From positions 2,430,001-2,462,000 of the forward strand of contig NC_003450.3 of the NCBI RefSeq assembly GCF_000011325.1: a stretch of DNA of 32,000 nt, written 5' to 3'. The notes below the pieces were generated by a model. The model worked only from the letters and a program-made list of their open reading frames with translations. It was not told where the DNA came from and made no database searches. This DNA comes from Corynebacterium glutamicum ATCC 13032. GTDB taxonomy: Bacteria > Actinomycetota > Actinomycetes > Mycobacteriales > Mycobacteriaceae. This document shows positions 1 to 8,095 of this stretch, in pieces. How positions within the stretch are numbered: the stretch's first letter is position 1; every line of letters starts with the position of its first letter. A program made the position numbers and the translations under genes.

Positions 1-71
1 TATTCCTGCAGGGTATTAGGTGAAGTCATGGTCAAATTCAACCTTTCCTTTAATTTGGCTGTACTTGTGTC

Positions 72-119
72 GTCACGTCTTTAGTCACGTTTTTGGTCAG
101 ATCTTTAGGCATATCTTTA
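72..119. repeat. Four tandem degenerate 12-bp repeats (GTCACGTCTTTA / GTCACGTTTTTG / GTCAGATCTTTA / GGCATATCTTTA) in the AT-rich region upstream of malQ
   Basis: Read directly from the sequence. The period is exactly 12 bp over four units, with consensus G-T-C-A-n-n-T-c-T-T-T-A. Confidence 0.6.
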
Positions 120-282
120 ACCACATGGAATTTTTCTCTATGTATTCAGTGTGTCAATAACTTCTTATATCTGCACCAATCAGGGTGTATAAAAGCCACC
201 CCAAAGCCCAATCCAAAAGATGTATTTTCTAACAAACTTACCCTCACGCTACAAATATGCTGTGCCCACACGCTATTAGTGG

Positions 283-288
283 CATAAT
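283..288 (+). promoter_or_regulatory. Candidate -10 hexamer CATAAT, 8 nt upstream of the malQ GTG start (leaderless or near-leaderless)
   Basis: Hexamer close to TAnnnT/TATAAT. No Shine-Dalgarno sequence lies between it and the start codon. Confidence 0.3.
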
Positions 289-296
289 GTTGTGTT

Positions 297-2417
297 GTGA
301 CTGCTCGCAGATTTTTGAATGAACTCGCCGATCTCTACGGCGTAGCAACTTCCTACACTGATTACAAAGGTGCCCATATTGAGGTCAGCGATGACACATT
401 AGTGAAAATCCTGCGTGCTCTGGGTGTGAATTTAGATACAAGCAACCTCCCCAACGATGACGCTATCCAACGCCAAATTGCCCTCTTCCATGATCGAGAG
501 TTCACTCGCCCACTGCCTCCATCGGTGGTTGCAGTTGAAGGTGATGAACTAGTTTTCCCGGTGCATGTGCACGACGGTTCCCCTGCAGATGTCCACATCG
601 AATTGGAAGACGGCACGCAGCGGGATGTTTCTCAGGTGGAAAACTGGACAGCGCCACGGGAAATTGATGGGATTAGGTGGGGCGAGGCATCGTTTAAGAT
701 TCCTGGTGATCTCCCCTTGGGTTGGCACAAGCTTCACCTTAAATCCAATGAACGCTCAGCTGAGTGCGGTTTGATCATCACCCCGGCTCGTCTGTCTACT
801 GCTGATAAGTATCTTGATTCCCCTCGCAGTGGTGTCATGGCGCAGATCTACTCTGTGCGTTCCACGTTGTCGTGGGGCATGGGTGATTTCAATGATTTAG
901 GAAACTTGGCAAGTGTGGTTGCCCAGGATGGAGCAGACTTCCTGCTCATCAACCCCATGCACGCTGCAGAGCCGCTGCCTCCTACTGAGGACTCTCCTTA
1001 TCTGCCCACAACCAGGCGCTTTATCAACCCGATCTACATTCGGGTAGAAGATATTCCGGAGTTTAATCAGCTTGAGATTGATCTACGCGATGATATCGCA
1101 GAGATGGCTGCGGAATTCCGCGAACGCAATCTGACCTCAGACATCATTGAGCGCAATGACGTCTACGCTGCAAAGCTTCAAGTGCTGCGCGCCATTTTTG
1201 AAATGCCTCGTTCCAGCGAACGTGAAGCCAACTTTGTCTCCTTCGTGCAACGGGAAGGCCAAGGTCTTATTGATTTCGCCACCTGGTGCGCGGACCGCGA
1301 AACTGCACAGTCTGAATCTGTCCACGGAACTGAGCCAGACCGCGATGAGCTGACCATGTTCTACATGTGGTTGCAGTGGCTATGTGATGAGCAGCTGGCG
1401 GCAGCTCAAAAGCGCGCTGTCGATGCCGGAATGTCGATCGGCATCATGGCAGACCTGGCAGTTGGTGTGCATCCAGGTGGTGCTGATGCCCAGAACCTCA
1501 GCCACGTACTTGCTCCGGATGCGTCAGTGGGCGCCCCACCAGATGGATACAACCAGCAGGGCCAAGACTGGTCCCAGCCACCATGGCATCCAGTGCGTCT
1601 TGCAGAGGAAGGCTACATTCCGTGGCGTAATCTGCTGCGCACTGTGCTGCGTCACTCCGGCGGAATCCGCGTGGACCACGTTCTTGGTTTGTTCAGGCTC
1701 TTTGTCATGCCACGCATGCAATCCCCTGCTACGGGCACCTATATCCGCTTCGACCATAATGCGTTGGTAGGCATTCTAGCCCTAGAAGCAGAACTCGCAG
1801 GCGCCGTTGTCATTGGTGAAGATCTGGGAACGTTTGAGCCTTGGGTACAAGATGCATTGGCTCAGCGTGGCATCATGGGCACCTCGATCCTATGGTTCGA
1901 GCATTCCCCAAGCCAGCCGGGTCCTCGCCGCCAGGAAGAGTATCGTCCGCTGGCCTTGACCACTGTGACCACTCATGATCTCCCTCCGACTGCTGGTTAT
2001 TTGGAGGGCGAGCACATTGCTCTTCGTGAGCGATTGGGGGTGCTCAACACTGATCCTGCTGCAGAACTCGCTGAGGATCTGCAGTGGCAAGCGGAGATCC
2101 TTGATGTCGCAGCATCTGCCAACGCATTGCCAGCCCGGGAATACGTGGGACTCGAACGCGATCAGCGCGGTGAGTTGGCTGAGCTGTTGGAAGGCCTGCA
2201 CACTTTCGTTGCGAAAACCCCTTCAGCACTGACCTGTGTCTGCTTGGTAGACATGGTCGGTGAAAAGCGGGCACAGAATCAGCCGGGCACAACGAGGGAT
2301 ATGTATCCCAACTGGTGTATCCCACTGTGTGACAGCGAAGGCAACTCCGTGCTCATTGAATCGCTGCGTGAAAATGAGCTGTATCACCGTGTGGCAAAGG
2401 CAAGCAAGCGAGATTAG
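297..2417 (+). CDS. malQ: 4-alpha-glucanotransferase (amylomaltase, GH77), long actinobacterial form
   Basis: 706-aa ORF with GH77 motifs: VRVDHVLGLFRLF (catalytic Asp region), IGEDLGT (catalytic Glu region), TTHDLPPTAGY and DWSQPPW. Starts with GTG. Confidence 0.9.
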   Translation: MTARRFLNELADLYGVATSYTDYKGAHIEVSDDTLVKILRALGVNLDTSNLPNDDAIQRQIALFHDREFTRPLPPSVVAVEGDELVFPVHVHDGSPADVHIELEDGTQRDVSQVENWTAPREIDGIRWGEASFKIPGDLPLGWHKLHLKSNERSAECGLIITPARLSTADKYLDSPRSGVMAQIYSVRSTLSWGMGDFNDLGNLASVVAQDGADFLLINPMHAAEPLPPTEDSPYLPTTRRFINPIYIRVEDIPEFNQLEIDLRDDIAEMAAEFRERNLTSDIIERNDVYAAKLQVLRAIFEMPRSSEREANFVSFVQREGQGLIDFATWCADRETAQSESVHGTEPDRDELTMFYMWLQWLCDEQLAAAQKRAVDAGMSIGIMADLAVGVHPGGADAQNLSHVLAPDASVGAPPDGYNQQGQDWSQPPWHPVRLAEEGYIPWRNLLRTVLRHSGGIRVDHVLGLFRLFVMPRMQSPATGTYIRFDHNALVGILALEAELAGAVVIGEDLGTFEPWVQDALAQRGIMGTSILWFEHSPSQPGPRRQEEYRPLALTTVTTHDLPPTAGYLEGEHIALRERLGVLNTDPAAELAEDLQWQAEILDVAASANALPAREYVGLERDQRGELAELLEGLHTFVAKTPSALTCVCLVDMVGEKRAQNQPGTTRDMYPNWCIPLCDSEGNSVLIESLRENELYHRVAKASKRD

Positions 2418-2430
2418 GTCCGCTTCAGTT

Positions 2431-2502
2431 GTGGTGGCTCCGAATCTGATGAACAATGATCATTCCTAATTCATTTACATCTTTATCAAAGAGAGCCACC
2501 AC
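2431..2502. repeat. Perfect 10-bp inverted repeat GTGGTGGCTC ... GAGCCACCAC (52-nt spacer) in the malQ/ABC-exporter intergenic region, with an internal 10-bp palindrome AATGATCATT at 2455-2464
   Basis: Read directly. The right arm ends 6 nt before the ATG at 2509. Confidence 0.6.
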
Positions 2503-2508
2503 CTACTA

Positions 2509-4374
2509 ATGCGACTTCTTGGTCGAATTTTAAAAACCACGTCTGCGCTTTGGCCCTACTATCTCGGAATTATCGTCGTATCCATTGTGATCGCGGCGTT
2601 GTCGCTGCTGTCGCCGTTTATTCTCCGCGAAGCAACAGATTCCATTGTTTCTGCAGTAACCGGATCTAACACCGTCGATGCAGTTACTCGCACTATTATT
2701 TTCTTAGCTTTAGCCCTGTTTGTCGCAAGCTTCCTCAATACGGTGATGACCAACATCGGTGGCTACATCGGTGATGTCATGGCATCTCGTATGCGCCAGA
2801 TTCTGGCCACGCGCTATTACGCAAAGCTGTTGGCGCTGCCTCAGAAGTATTTTGATAATCAGGTCACCGGCACCATCATCGCCCGCCTTGATCGATCAAT
2901 CAACGGCATCACGCAGTTCATGCAGAGCTTCTCCAACAACTTCTTCCCCATGCTCATCACCATGGTGGCAGTGCTGATTATTTCCGCGATTTTCTACTGG
3001 CCTCTGGCAATTCTGCTGGCCATGTTGTTCCCGATTTACATGTGGCTGACGGCGTTGACATCGAAACGCTGGCAGAAATATGAGGGCGAGAAAAACCATG
3101 AAATCGACGTGGCTAACGGCCGCTTCGCTGAGGTTGTCGGCCAGGTCAAGGTTGTTAAATCATTCGTCGCAGAGACCCGCGAGCTGGCTGATTTCGGTGG
3201 GCGTTACGGCAAAACAGTAGCGATTACCCGGCCGCAATCCGGTTGGTGGCACCGCATGGATACTCTCCGTGGCGCGGCACTAAATATCATCTTCCTGGCC
3301 ATTCACCTGCTGATTTTCTACCGCACCTTGCACGGCCATTTCACCATCGGCGACATGGTCATGCTCATCCAGCTTGTCACCATGGCGCAGCAACCGGTGT
3401 ACATGATGAGCTACATCGTCGACTCCGCGCAGCGCGCCATCGCCGGCTCCCGCGACTACTTCGAGGTCATGGCGCAGCAGGTCGAGCCCACCGCCAATAA
3501 GGAGCTTGTCGACGCCACCCTCGCCTCAGACACTCCACGCATCAGTGTGGGCACGCCCGCCGCGCTGCCCGCTGGAGAACCAGCGATGGAATTCAAAAAC
3601 GTCACCTTCGCCTACGAAGAAGGCAAGCCGGTTATTTCCGACGTGTCCATTACCGCCCGCCACGGCGAGCGCATCGCGTTGGTCGGTGAATCCGGCGGCG
3701 GTAAATCCACCCTGGTCAACCTTCTGTTAGGTCTGTACAAACCAAACAGCGGCAGCCTTGCAGTATGTGGCGTGGATGTTAAAGATCTGACTTCCGAGGA
3801 ACTTCGCGCATCCGTGGGTGTGGTCTTCCAGGACGCCAGCTTGTTCTCTGGATCTATTGCAGAAAACATCGCCTACGGTCGCCCAGGTGCCACCCGCGAA
3901 GAGATCATCGAAGTGGCTAAGAAAGCCAACGCACATGAGTTCATTTCCGCCTTCCCTGAAGGATATGAAACCGTCGTCGGTGAACGCGGACTCAAACTTT
4001 CTGGTGGCCAGAAGCAGCGCGTCTCTGTGGCACGGGCCATGCTTAAAGATGCCCCACTTCTTGTTCTCGATGAAGCCACCTCTGCACTGGATACCAAGTC
4101 TGAGCAGGCAGTCCAAGCCGGTTTGGAACAGCTGATGGAAAACCGCACCACCTTAATGATCGCCCACCGCCTGTCCACCATCGCAGGCGTCGATACCATC
4201 GTGACCATCCAAAACGGACGGGTTGAAGAGGTCGGATCTCCTACCGAGCTCGCAGTCTCAGGCGGTATCTATTCCGAACTGCTGCGCCTGACCAACTCCA
4301 CAGCAGAAGCCGACCGGGAGCGTCTGCGCGCCTTTGGTTTCACTGGCGATGCACCAGCTGAAGAAGAGGACTAG
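2509..4374 (+). CDS. ABC exporter with fused transmembrane and ATPase domains (type I exporter, MsbA/MdlB-like half transporter)
   Basis: 621-aa ORF. The N-terminal part has about 6 hydrophobic helices. The C-terminal NBD has Walker A GESGGGKST, signature LSGGQKQR, Walker B LLVLDEATSALD and H-loop IAHRLS. Confidence 0.9.
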   Translation: MRLLGRILKTTSALWPYYLGIIVVSIVIAALSLLSPFILREATDSIVSAVTGSNTVDAVTRTIIFLALALFVASFLNTVMTNIGGYIGDVMASRMRQILATRYYAKLLALPQKYFDNQVTGTIIARLDRSINGITQFMQSFSNNFFPMLITMVAVLIISAIFYWPLAILLAMLFPIYMWLTALTSKRWQKYEGEKNHEIDVANGRFAEVVGQVKVVKSFVAETRELADFGGRYGKTVAITRPQSGWWHRMDTLRGAALNIIFLAIHLLIFYRTLHGHFTIGDMVMLIQLVTMAQQPVYMMSYIVDSAQRAIAGSRDYFEVMAQQVEPTANKELVDATLASDTPRISVGTPAALPAGEPAMEFKNVTFAYEEGKPVISDVSITARHGERIALVGESGGGKSTLVNLLLGLYKPNSGSLAVCGVDVKDLTSEELRASVGVVFQDASLFSGSIAENIAYGRPGATREEIIEVAKKANAHEFISAFPEGYETVVGERGLKLSGGQKQRVSVARAMLKDAPLLVLDEATSALDTKSEQAVQAGLEQLMENRTTLMIAHRLSTIAGVDTIVTIQNGRVEEVGSPTELAVSGGIYSELLRLTNSTAEADRERLRAFGFTGDAPAEEED

Positions 4375-4388
4375 CCCCGCGAAAGAAC

Positions 4389-4426
4389 AATCCCCCAGTG
4401 CCCAAAGGTACCAGGGGATTTTTCTT
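4389..4426 (+). terminator. Rho-independent terminator candidate after the ABC exporter, possibly bidirectional
   Basis: Stem AATCCCC (4389-4395) pairs with GGGGATT (4414-4420), with an inner 4-bp stem, followed by TTTTCTT. It lies between convergent genes. Confidence 0.55.
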
Positions 4427-4437
4427 AATTCCATGCT

Positions 4438-4578
4438 CTAGATCAAGGAAACAAGCCACGCAATAACAACGATGACCAGCAACACCACGAGCGCTTGGGT
4501 AACGCGTGACTGTGGGTACTTGCGCTTACGCTTCGGGAGTTCTTGGTCTCTCTTGCGGAGCTCTTCTGGGTTAGCCAT
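4438..4578 (-). CDS. Small (46 aa) basic protein with one C-terminal hydrophobic helix (a tail-anchored arrangement is an inference from that layout); function unknown
   Basis: MANPEELRKRDQELPKRKRKYPQSRVTQALVVLLVIVVIAWLVSLI. The ATG overlaps the stop codon of the upstream small ORF (ATGGCTAA, 8-nt overlap). The 60-aa ORF in the track extends further upstream in frame. Confidence 0.5.
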   Translation of the reverse strand: MANPEELRKRDQELPKRKRKYPQSRVTQALVVLLVIVVIAWLVSLI

Positions 4579-4777
4579 GGTGTGGTTCTTGTCCCTTTCC
4601 GGAGGATTGTGGTGTTCCAATTCGCTGCACCCAGGCGCCGAGGATGTCGACTACGCGGAGCAGAAGTACTGCTAGCAACGCGCAGACCACTACTGATCCT
4701 AGGATGACGATCGGTGACTGGATCCACAGCGGTGATGTTGTAAGCAGCTGTGAGATCCGGTCGAGGAATGCAGTCAT
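4571..4777 (-). CDS. Small (68 aa) membrane protein with one central TM helix; function unknown
   Basis: MTAFLDRISQLL...PIVILGSVVVCALLAVLLLRVV... The coding-like codon pattern is on the same strand as dcp. A TAGGCT hexamer lies 8 nt upstream of the ATG. Confidence 0.5.
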   Translation of the reverse strand: MTAFLDRISQLLTTSPLWIQSPIVILGSVVVCALLAVLLLRVVDILGAWVQRIGTPQSSGKGQEPHHG

Positions 4778-4785
4778 GGGTTATT

Positions 4786-4791
4786 AGCCTA
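4786..4791 (-). promoter_or_regulatory. Candidate -10 hexamer TAGGCT (minus strand), 8 nt upstream of the ATG at 4777
   Basis: TAnnnT hexamer with leaderless geometry. It sits between the dcp stop (4803) and the small ORF. Confidence 0.3.
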
Positions 4792-4802
4792 CACCGGGTT
4801 GT

Positions 4803-6839
4803 TTAGATTGCCCCAGCCAGACCTCGGCGGCGCAGAAGTGGGCCGAGGTCTTTGGAACGGCCACGGAGTTCTTCGAAGGCGTTGCTGTAGTCGGAGGCTG
4901 CGCCGCGGGATAAGACCAGGTCACGGAATTTCTGGCCGGCGGTGCGGGCTGCGTCGAGGGAAGCCACGGATCCGGCTGCGCCTTCTTCGCGAAACCAGTC
5001 GAAGCCGTCGGCGTCGAGTGCTTCCGCCCACAGGTAGGAGTAGTAGCCGGCTGAGTAGCCGCCAGCAAAGATGTGGTTGAAGTAGGTGGATCGGTAGCGC
5101 GGTGCAATGTTGTCCACGTCGAGGCCTGCTGCGGCTAGTGCGTCGGCTTCGAATTGGTCAATGTCATTGACTGCTGCGGCTTCCGCTGTGGACAGGGAGT
5201 GCCAGGCCAGGTCGATAATCGATGCTGCCAAGTATTCGGAGGTGGCAAAACCTTGTCCGAATTGGCGGGATGCTTCCACTGCCTCAAGCAGGGAGTCTGG
5301 AATGATGTCGCCGGTGTCCACGTGGCGGGCGTAGTTGCGGACTACTGCAGGGTCGAATGCCCAGTTTTCGTTGATCTGGGAGGGGAATTCTACGTAGTCG
5401 CGGGGCACGGAGGTTCCGGAGAAGCTTGGGTAGCGCACCTTGGACAGCAAGCCGTGCAGGCCGTGGCCGAATTCGTGGAAGATGGTGGTTACTTCATCGA
5501 GGCTGAGTAGTGCTTCGCCGGTGGTTGGTTTGGTAATACCCATAACGTTGACCACGACTGGCTTGGTGCCTAGCAGCTCGGATTGGTCGACAAAGCTGGA
5601 CATCCAAGCGCCGCCCCGCTTGGATGGTCGGCCGTAGTAGTCGGTAAGGATCAGGCCGATGCCGGAGCCGTCAGAATCGAGGACTTCCCAGACGTCCACG
5701 CCCTCGGCGTAACCGCGCAGGTCAGGGCGTGGTTCCACGGTGATTCCGTAGAGGCGGTTAGCAGCGAAGAAGACGCCGTCACGGAGTACTTGGTTCAATG
5801 GGAAGTAGTTGCGCAGTTCGGTTTCGTCCAGGGCGTAGTCGCGGGCGCGGACTTTGGCTTCCCAGAAGCTCCAGTCAGCTGCGCCGACTTTTTGGCCGTG
5901 TTCTTCTGCTTCTTCTGCGGAGAGTTTGTATTCGGCTTTCGCATTGGCAGAGGCGGCTGGGGCGAGATCATAAAGCAAGGCGCGCACGGCTGCGACGTCA
6001 TCGGCGGTTTCTTCTTCGATGACGTAATCGGCGTGGGTGTCGTAGCCTAAAAGTGTGGCGCGTTCAGCACGCAGACGCACGGTTTCGAGCAGCACGTCCT
6101 TGTTCAGGCTGGCGCCACGCTTCTGGGAGGCTTCATAAAGCTTTGCACGCGAGGCGGATTCGGTTAATACTGCCTGCTCTGACTGCACGGTGGGCAGTTC
6201 CAGTGGAACCACGTAGCCTTCGGTGCCAACTGCTGCTGCGTAGTCAGCGGCGGCGGATATGCGGGCTTCGCTAAAACCGGCAAGTTCAGATTCTTCAAAG
6301 TTGACCGCCAGATCGCGGGTGTCCTGAAGCAGGTTGCGGCCGAACTGTTCGGACAGTGCCGATAGGCGCTGGTTGATGGTGCTCAGTCGGGCCTTGCCGT
6401 CGGCGTTGAGTGCTGCACCGCGACGTCGAAAAGCGCGCTTGGTGTGGGACAACAGGCGTTGCGATTCCTCGTCGGCCGGTGCTTCTACGGCCTCAATGCG
6501 CGCGAAAAGCGCAGCATTGTGGAAAATCGCATCCGAATGCGCGGAGAGTTTCGGCGCGATAGTGGCTGCGATTTCATCCATTTCAGGGGAGGAATCGGTG
6601 CCCTGCAAGTTGAAGAATACGGCGGCGACGCGGTTGAGGGACAGGCCTGCGCGTTCCAGGGCCTCAATGGTGTTCTCCCAGGTAGGAGCGTCCTCATTGG
6701 TAGCGATCGCTGTAATTTCAGCATCGTGTTCAGCTAATGCGAGTTCGAAGGCGGGCGGGAAATCAGCCACCTTGATCGCTGCGAAATCGGGCAGCTGGTA
6801 GGGCAAGGTGCTGGGCTTGAGCAGGTGTTCAACAGTCAT
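4803..6839 (-). CDS. dcp: Peptidyl-dipeptidase Dcp / oligopeptidase A family (M3 zinc metallopeptidase)
   Basis: 678-aa ORF with the HEXXH zinc motif in TIFHEFGHGLHGLLS. Length and overall pattern are typical of the M3A Dcp/PrlC family. Confidence 0.9.
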   Translation of the reverse strand: MTVEHLLKPSTLPYQLPDFAAIKVADFPPAFELALAEHDAEITAIATNEDAPTWENTIEALERAGLSLNRVAAVFFNLQGTDSSPEMDEIAATIAPKLSAHSDAIFHNAALFARIEAVEAPADEESQRLLSHTKRAFRRRGAALNADGKARLSTINQRLSALSEQFGRNLLQDTRDLAVNFEESELAGFSEARISAAADYAAAVGTEGYVVPLELPTVQSEQAVLTESASRAKLYEASQKRGASLNKDVLLETVRLRAERATLLGYDTHADYVIEEETADDVAAVRALLYDLAPAASANAKAEYKLSAEEAEEHGQKVGAADWSFWEAKVRARDYALDETELRNYFPLNQVLRDGVFFAANRLYGITVEPRPDLRGYAEGVDVWEVLDSDGSGIGLILTDYYGRPSKRGGAWMSSFVDQSELLGTKPVVVNVMGITKPTTGEALLSLDEVTTIFHEFGHGLHGLLSKVRYPSFSGTSVPRDYVEFPSQINENWAFDPAVVRNYARHVDTGDIIPDSLLEAVEASRQFGQGFATSEYLAASIIDLAWHSLSTAEAAAVNDIDQFEADALAAAGLDVDNIAPRYRSTYFNHIFAGGYSAGYYSYLWAEALDADGFDWFREEGAAGSVASLDAARTAGQKFRDLVLSRGAASDYSNAFEELRGRSKDLGPLLRRRGLAGAI

Positions 6840-6847
6840 AGTGACCG

Positions 6848-6853
6848 ATACTA
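6848..6853 (-). promoter_or_regulatory. Candidate -10 hexamer TAGTAT (minus strand), 8 nt upstream of the dcp ATG
   Basis: TAnnnT hexamer. The whole divergent intergenic region is only 32 bp and has no SD. Confidence 0.35.
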
Positions 6854-6858
6854 GTTGC

Positions 6859-6864
6859 TAGAGT
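6859..6864 (+). promoter_or_regulatory. Candidate -10 hexamer TAGAGT, 7 nt upstream of the esterase ATG
   Basis: TAnnnT hexamer with no SD. It is back-to-back with the dcp -10 candidate. Confidence 0.35.
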
Positions 6865-6871
6865 TTTCATC

Positions 6872-8053
6872 ATGTCTGCCACCTCTTCCGTCACCGTTGA
6901 ATGCCCGGCGGGAACCATCACCGGCGAGCCCCATTATTTCCGCTCGATTCCCTACGCAAAGGCGCGCCCGTTTGCTGATGCCGAAAAGCTAGAACCCCTG
7001 CGCATTGATGCGACCGGCAAGCACGAGGGTCTCTATTTAACGTTGGCAACCCCGGAGGCACGGTTCGGCGCGGATGCCCCGGTGATCGTTTATATCCACG
7101 GCGGAGGATATGACGGTGGCACGCGTTTCGATGCCCGCACCGAGCCCACTTTCTTCCGTGAGCAGGGCTTTGTGGTGGTCTCCATCGATTACCGCGTCGG
7201 CCTGGAGGGCTTTGCGCGCTTCCACGACGACGAGGCCAATCGTTACCGCGGCATCGATGATTGCGTGCTCGCGCTGGAGTGGGTGCAGAAAAACATCGAG
7301 CATTTCGGCGGCGATCCCACCAACGTCACCCTCATCGGGCAGTCCGCGGGCGCCGGCATCGCGCTCTGGCTCACGCGCCTAGACCACTATAAAGGTGCTT
7401 TTCGACGCCTGGTTGCGCTCTCCCCCAGCTTCCCGCGCCAGCCATTCGCTGCCCGAAAAGGTGCTTTACGACGCGCCCTGGGCAAACCCGTCACCCGCGC
7501 CTCGCTGGCGGGCATCAAGCCCGCACGCTTGGACAAAGGCTACCGTCGCTTTGCTCGCCGCTACTTCACCGACCTGGCACTCGGCCCTACCCCATACGAC
7601 CCGAATGAGCTGGCCGACATCGATTTGATCATCTCCTCCACCCGCGATGAAATGTACGGACACCGCGCAGGCTTATGGTTCGACCAGCGTGGCTTCGGCG
7701 CAAAACTGGCCGCGCGACTTTTTGGCCTGGAGAATTCGGATACCTATATTAAGGAAGCCCGCAAGATCGACAACCGCGTTGTAGGCCGCATGATTGGTGA
7801 TGCCGTGATCCGCCGCTACGTCGCGCAAACCGAAAAAGGTTGGTGGATGGAATTTCCCGGCAAGCACTGCGATGACCTGTCCTTGGTCTTCTTGGAAGAT
7901 TCCGAAGCACATCACCACATCGCCTCCTTCGCCCGCGGGGCTACGCCATCGTGGCCTCAATATTCCGAAGAAAACCGCGCAGCTCTCTCACTAGTCTCAG
8001 GTGAGGCGAAAGTGGTGAAAGACCCGCTACGCATGGTGCGCCTGGCTTTTTAG
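6872..8053 (+). CDS. Carboxylesterase, type B-like alpha/beta hydrolase (short form, 393 aa)
   Basis: Oxyanion-hole motif IHGGGYDGG and nucleophile elbow GQSAGAG (G-x-S-x-G). No signal peptide. Confidence 0.8.
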   Translation: MSATSSVTVECPAGTITGEPHYFRSIPYAKARPFADAEKLEPLRIDATGKHEGLYLTLATPEARFGADAPVIVYIHGGGYDGGTRFDARTEPTFFREQGFVVVSIDYRVGLEGFARFHDDEANRYRGIDDCVLALEWVQKNIEHFGGDPTNVTLIGQSAGAGIALWLTRLDHYKGAFRRLVALSPSFPRQPFAARKGALRRALGKPVTRASLAGIKPARLDKGYRRFARRYFTDLALGPTPYDPNELADIDLIISSTRDEMYGHRAGLWFDQRGFGAKLAARLFGLENSDTYIKEARKIDNRVVGRMIGDAVIRRYVAQTEKGWWMEFPGKHCDDLSLVFLEDSEAHHHIASFARGATPSWPQYSEENRAALSLVSGEAKVVKDPLRMVRLAF

Positions 8054-8082
8054 AATGTGCTGCAAACCTCCTGGCATTTCTC

Positions 8083-8088
8083 TATCCT
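8083..8088 (+). promoter_or_regulatory. Candidate -10 hexamer TATCCT, 7 nt upstream of the ATG at 8096 (preferred treS start)
   Basis: TAnnnT hexamer with leaderless geometry, located just after the esterase stop codon. Confidence 0.3.
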
Positions 8089-8095
8089 GGCAGGC

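Noticed and set aside
1-29. Possible 5' end of a divergent minus-strand gene (ATG at 29-27, reading MTSPNTLQE..., with AAGGAAAGG about 12 nt upstream) running off the left edge
   Set aside because: Only about 9 codons are visible. That is too little sequence to support a CDS call.
93-287. 64-aa plus-strand ORF in the region upstream of malQ
   Set aside because: It is AT-rich with no coding-like codon bias, and it overlaps the repeat array and promoter region. It is probably non-coding.
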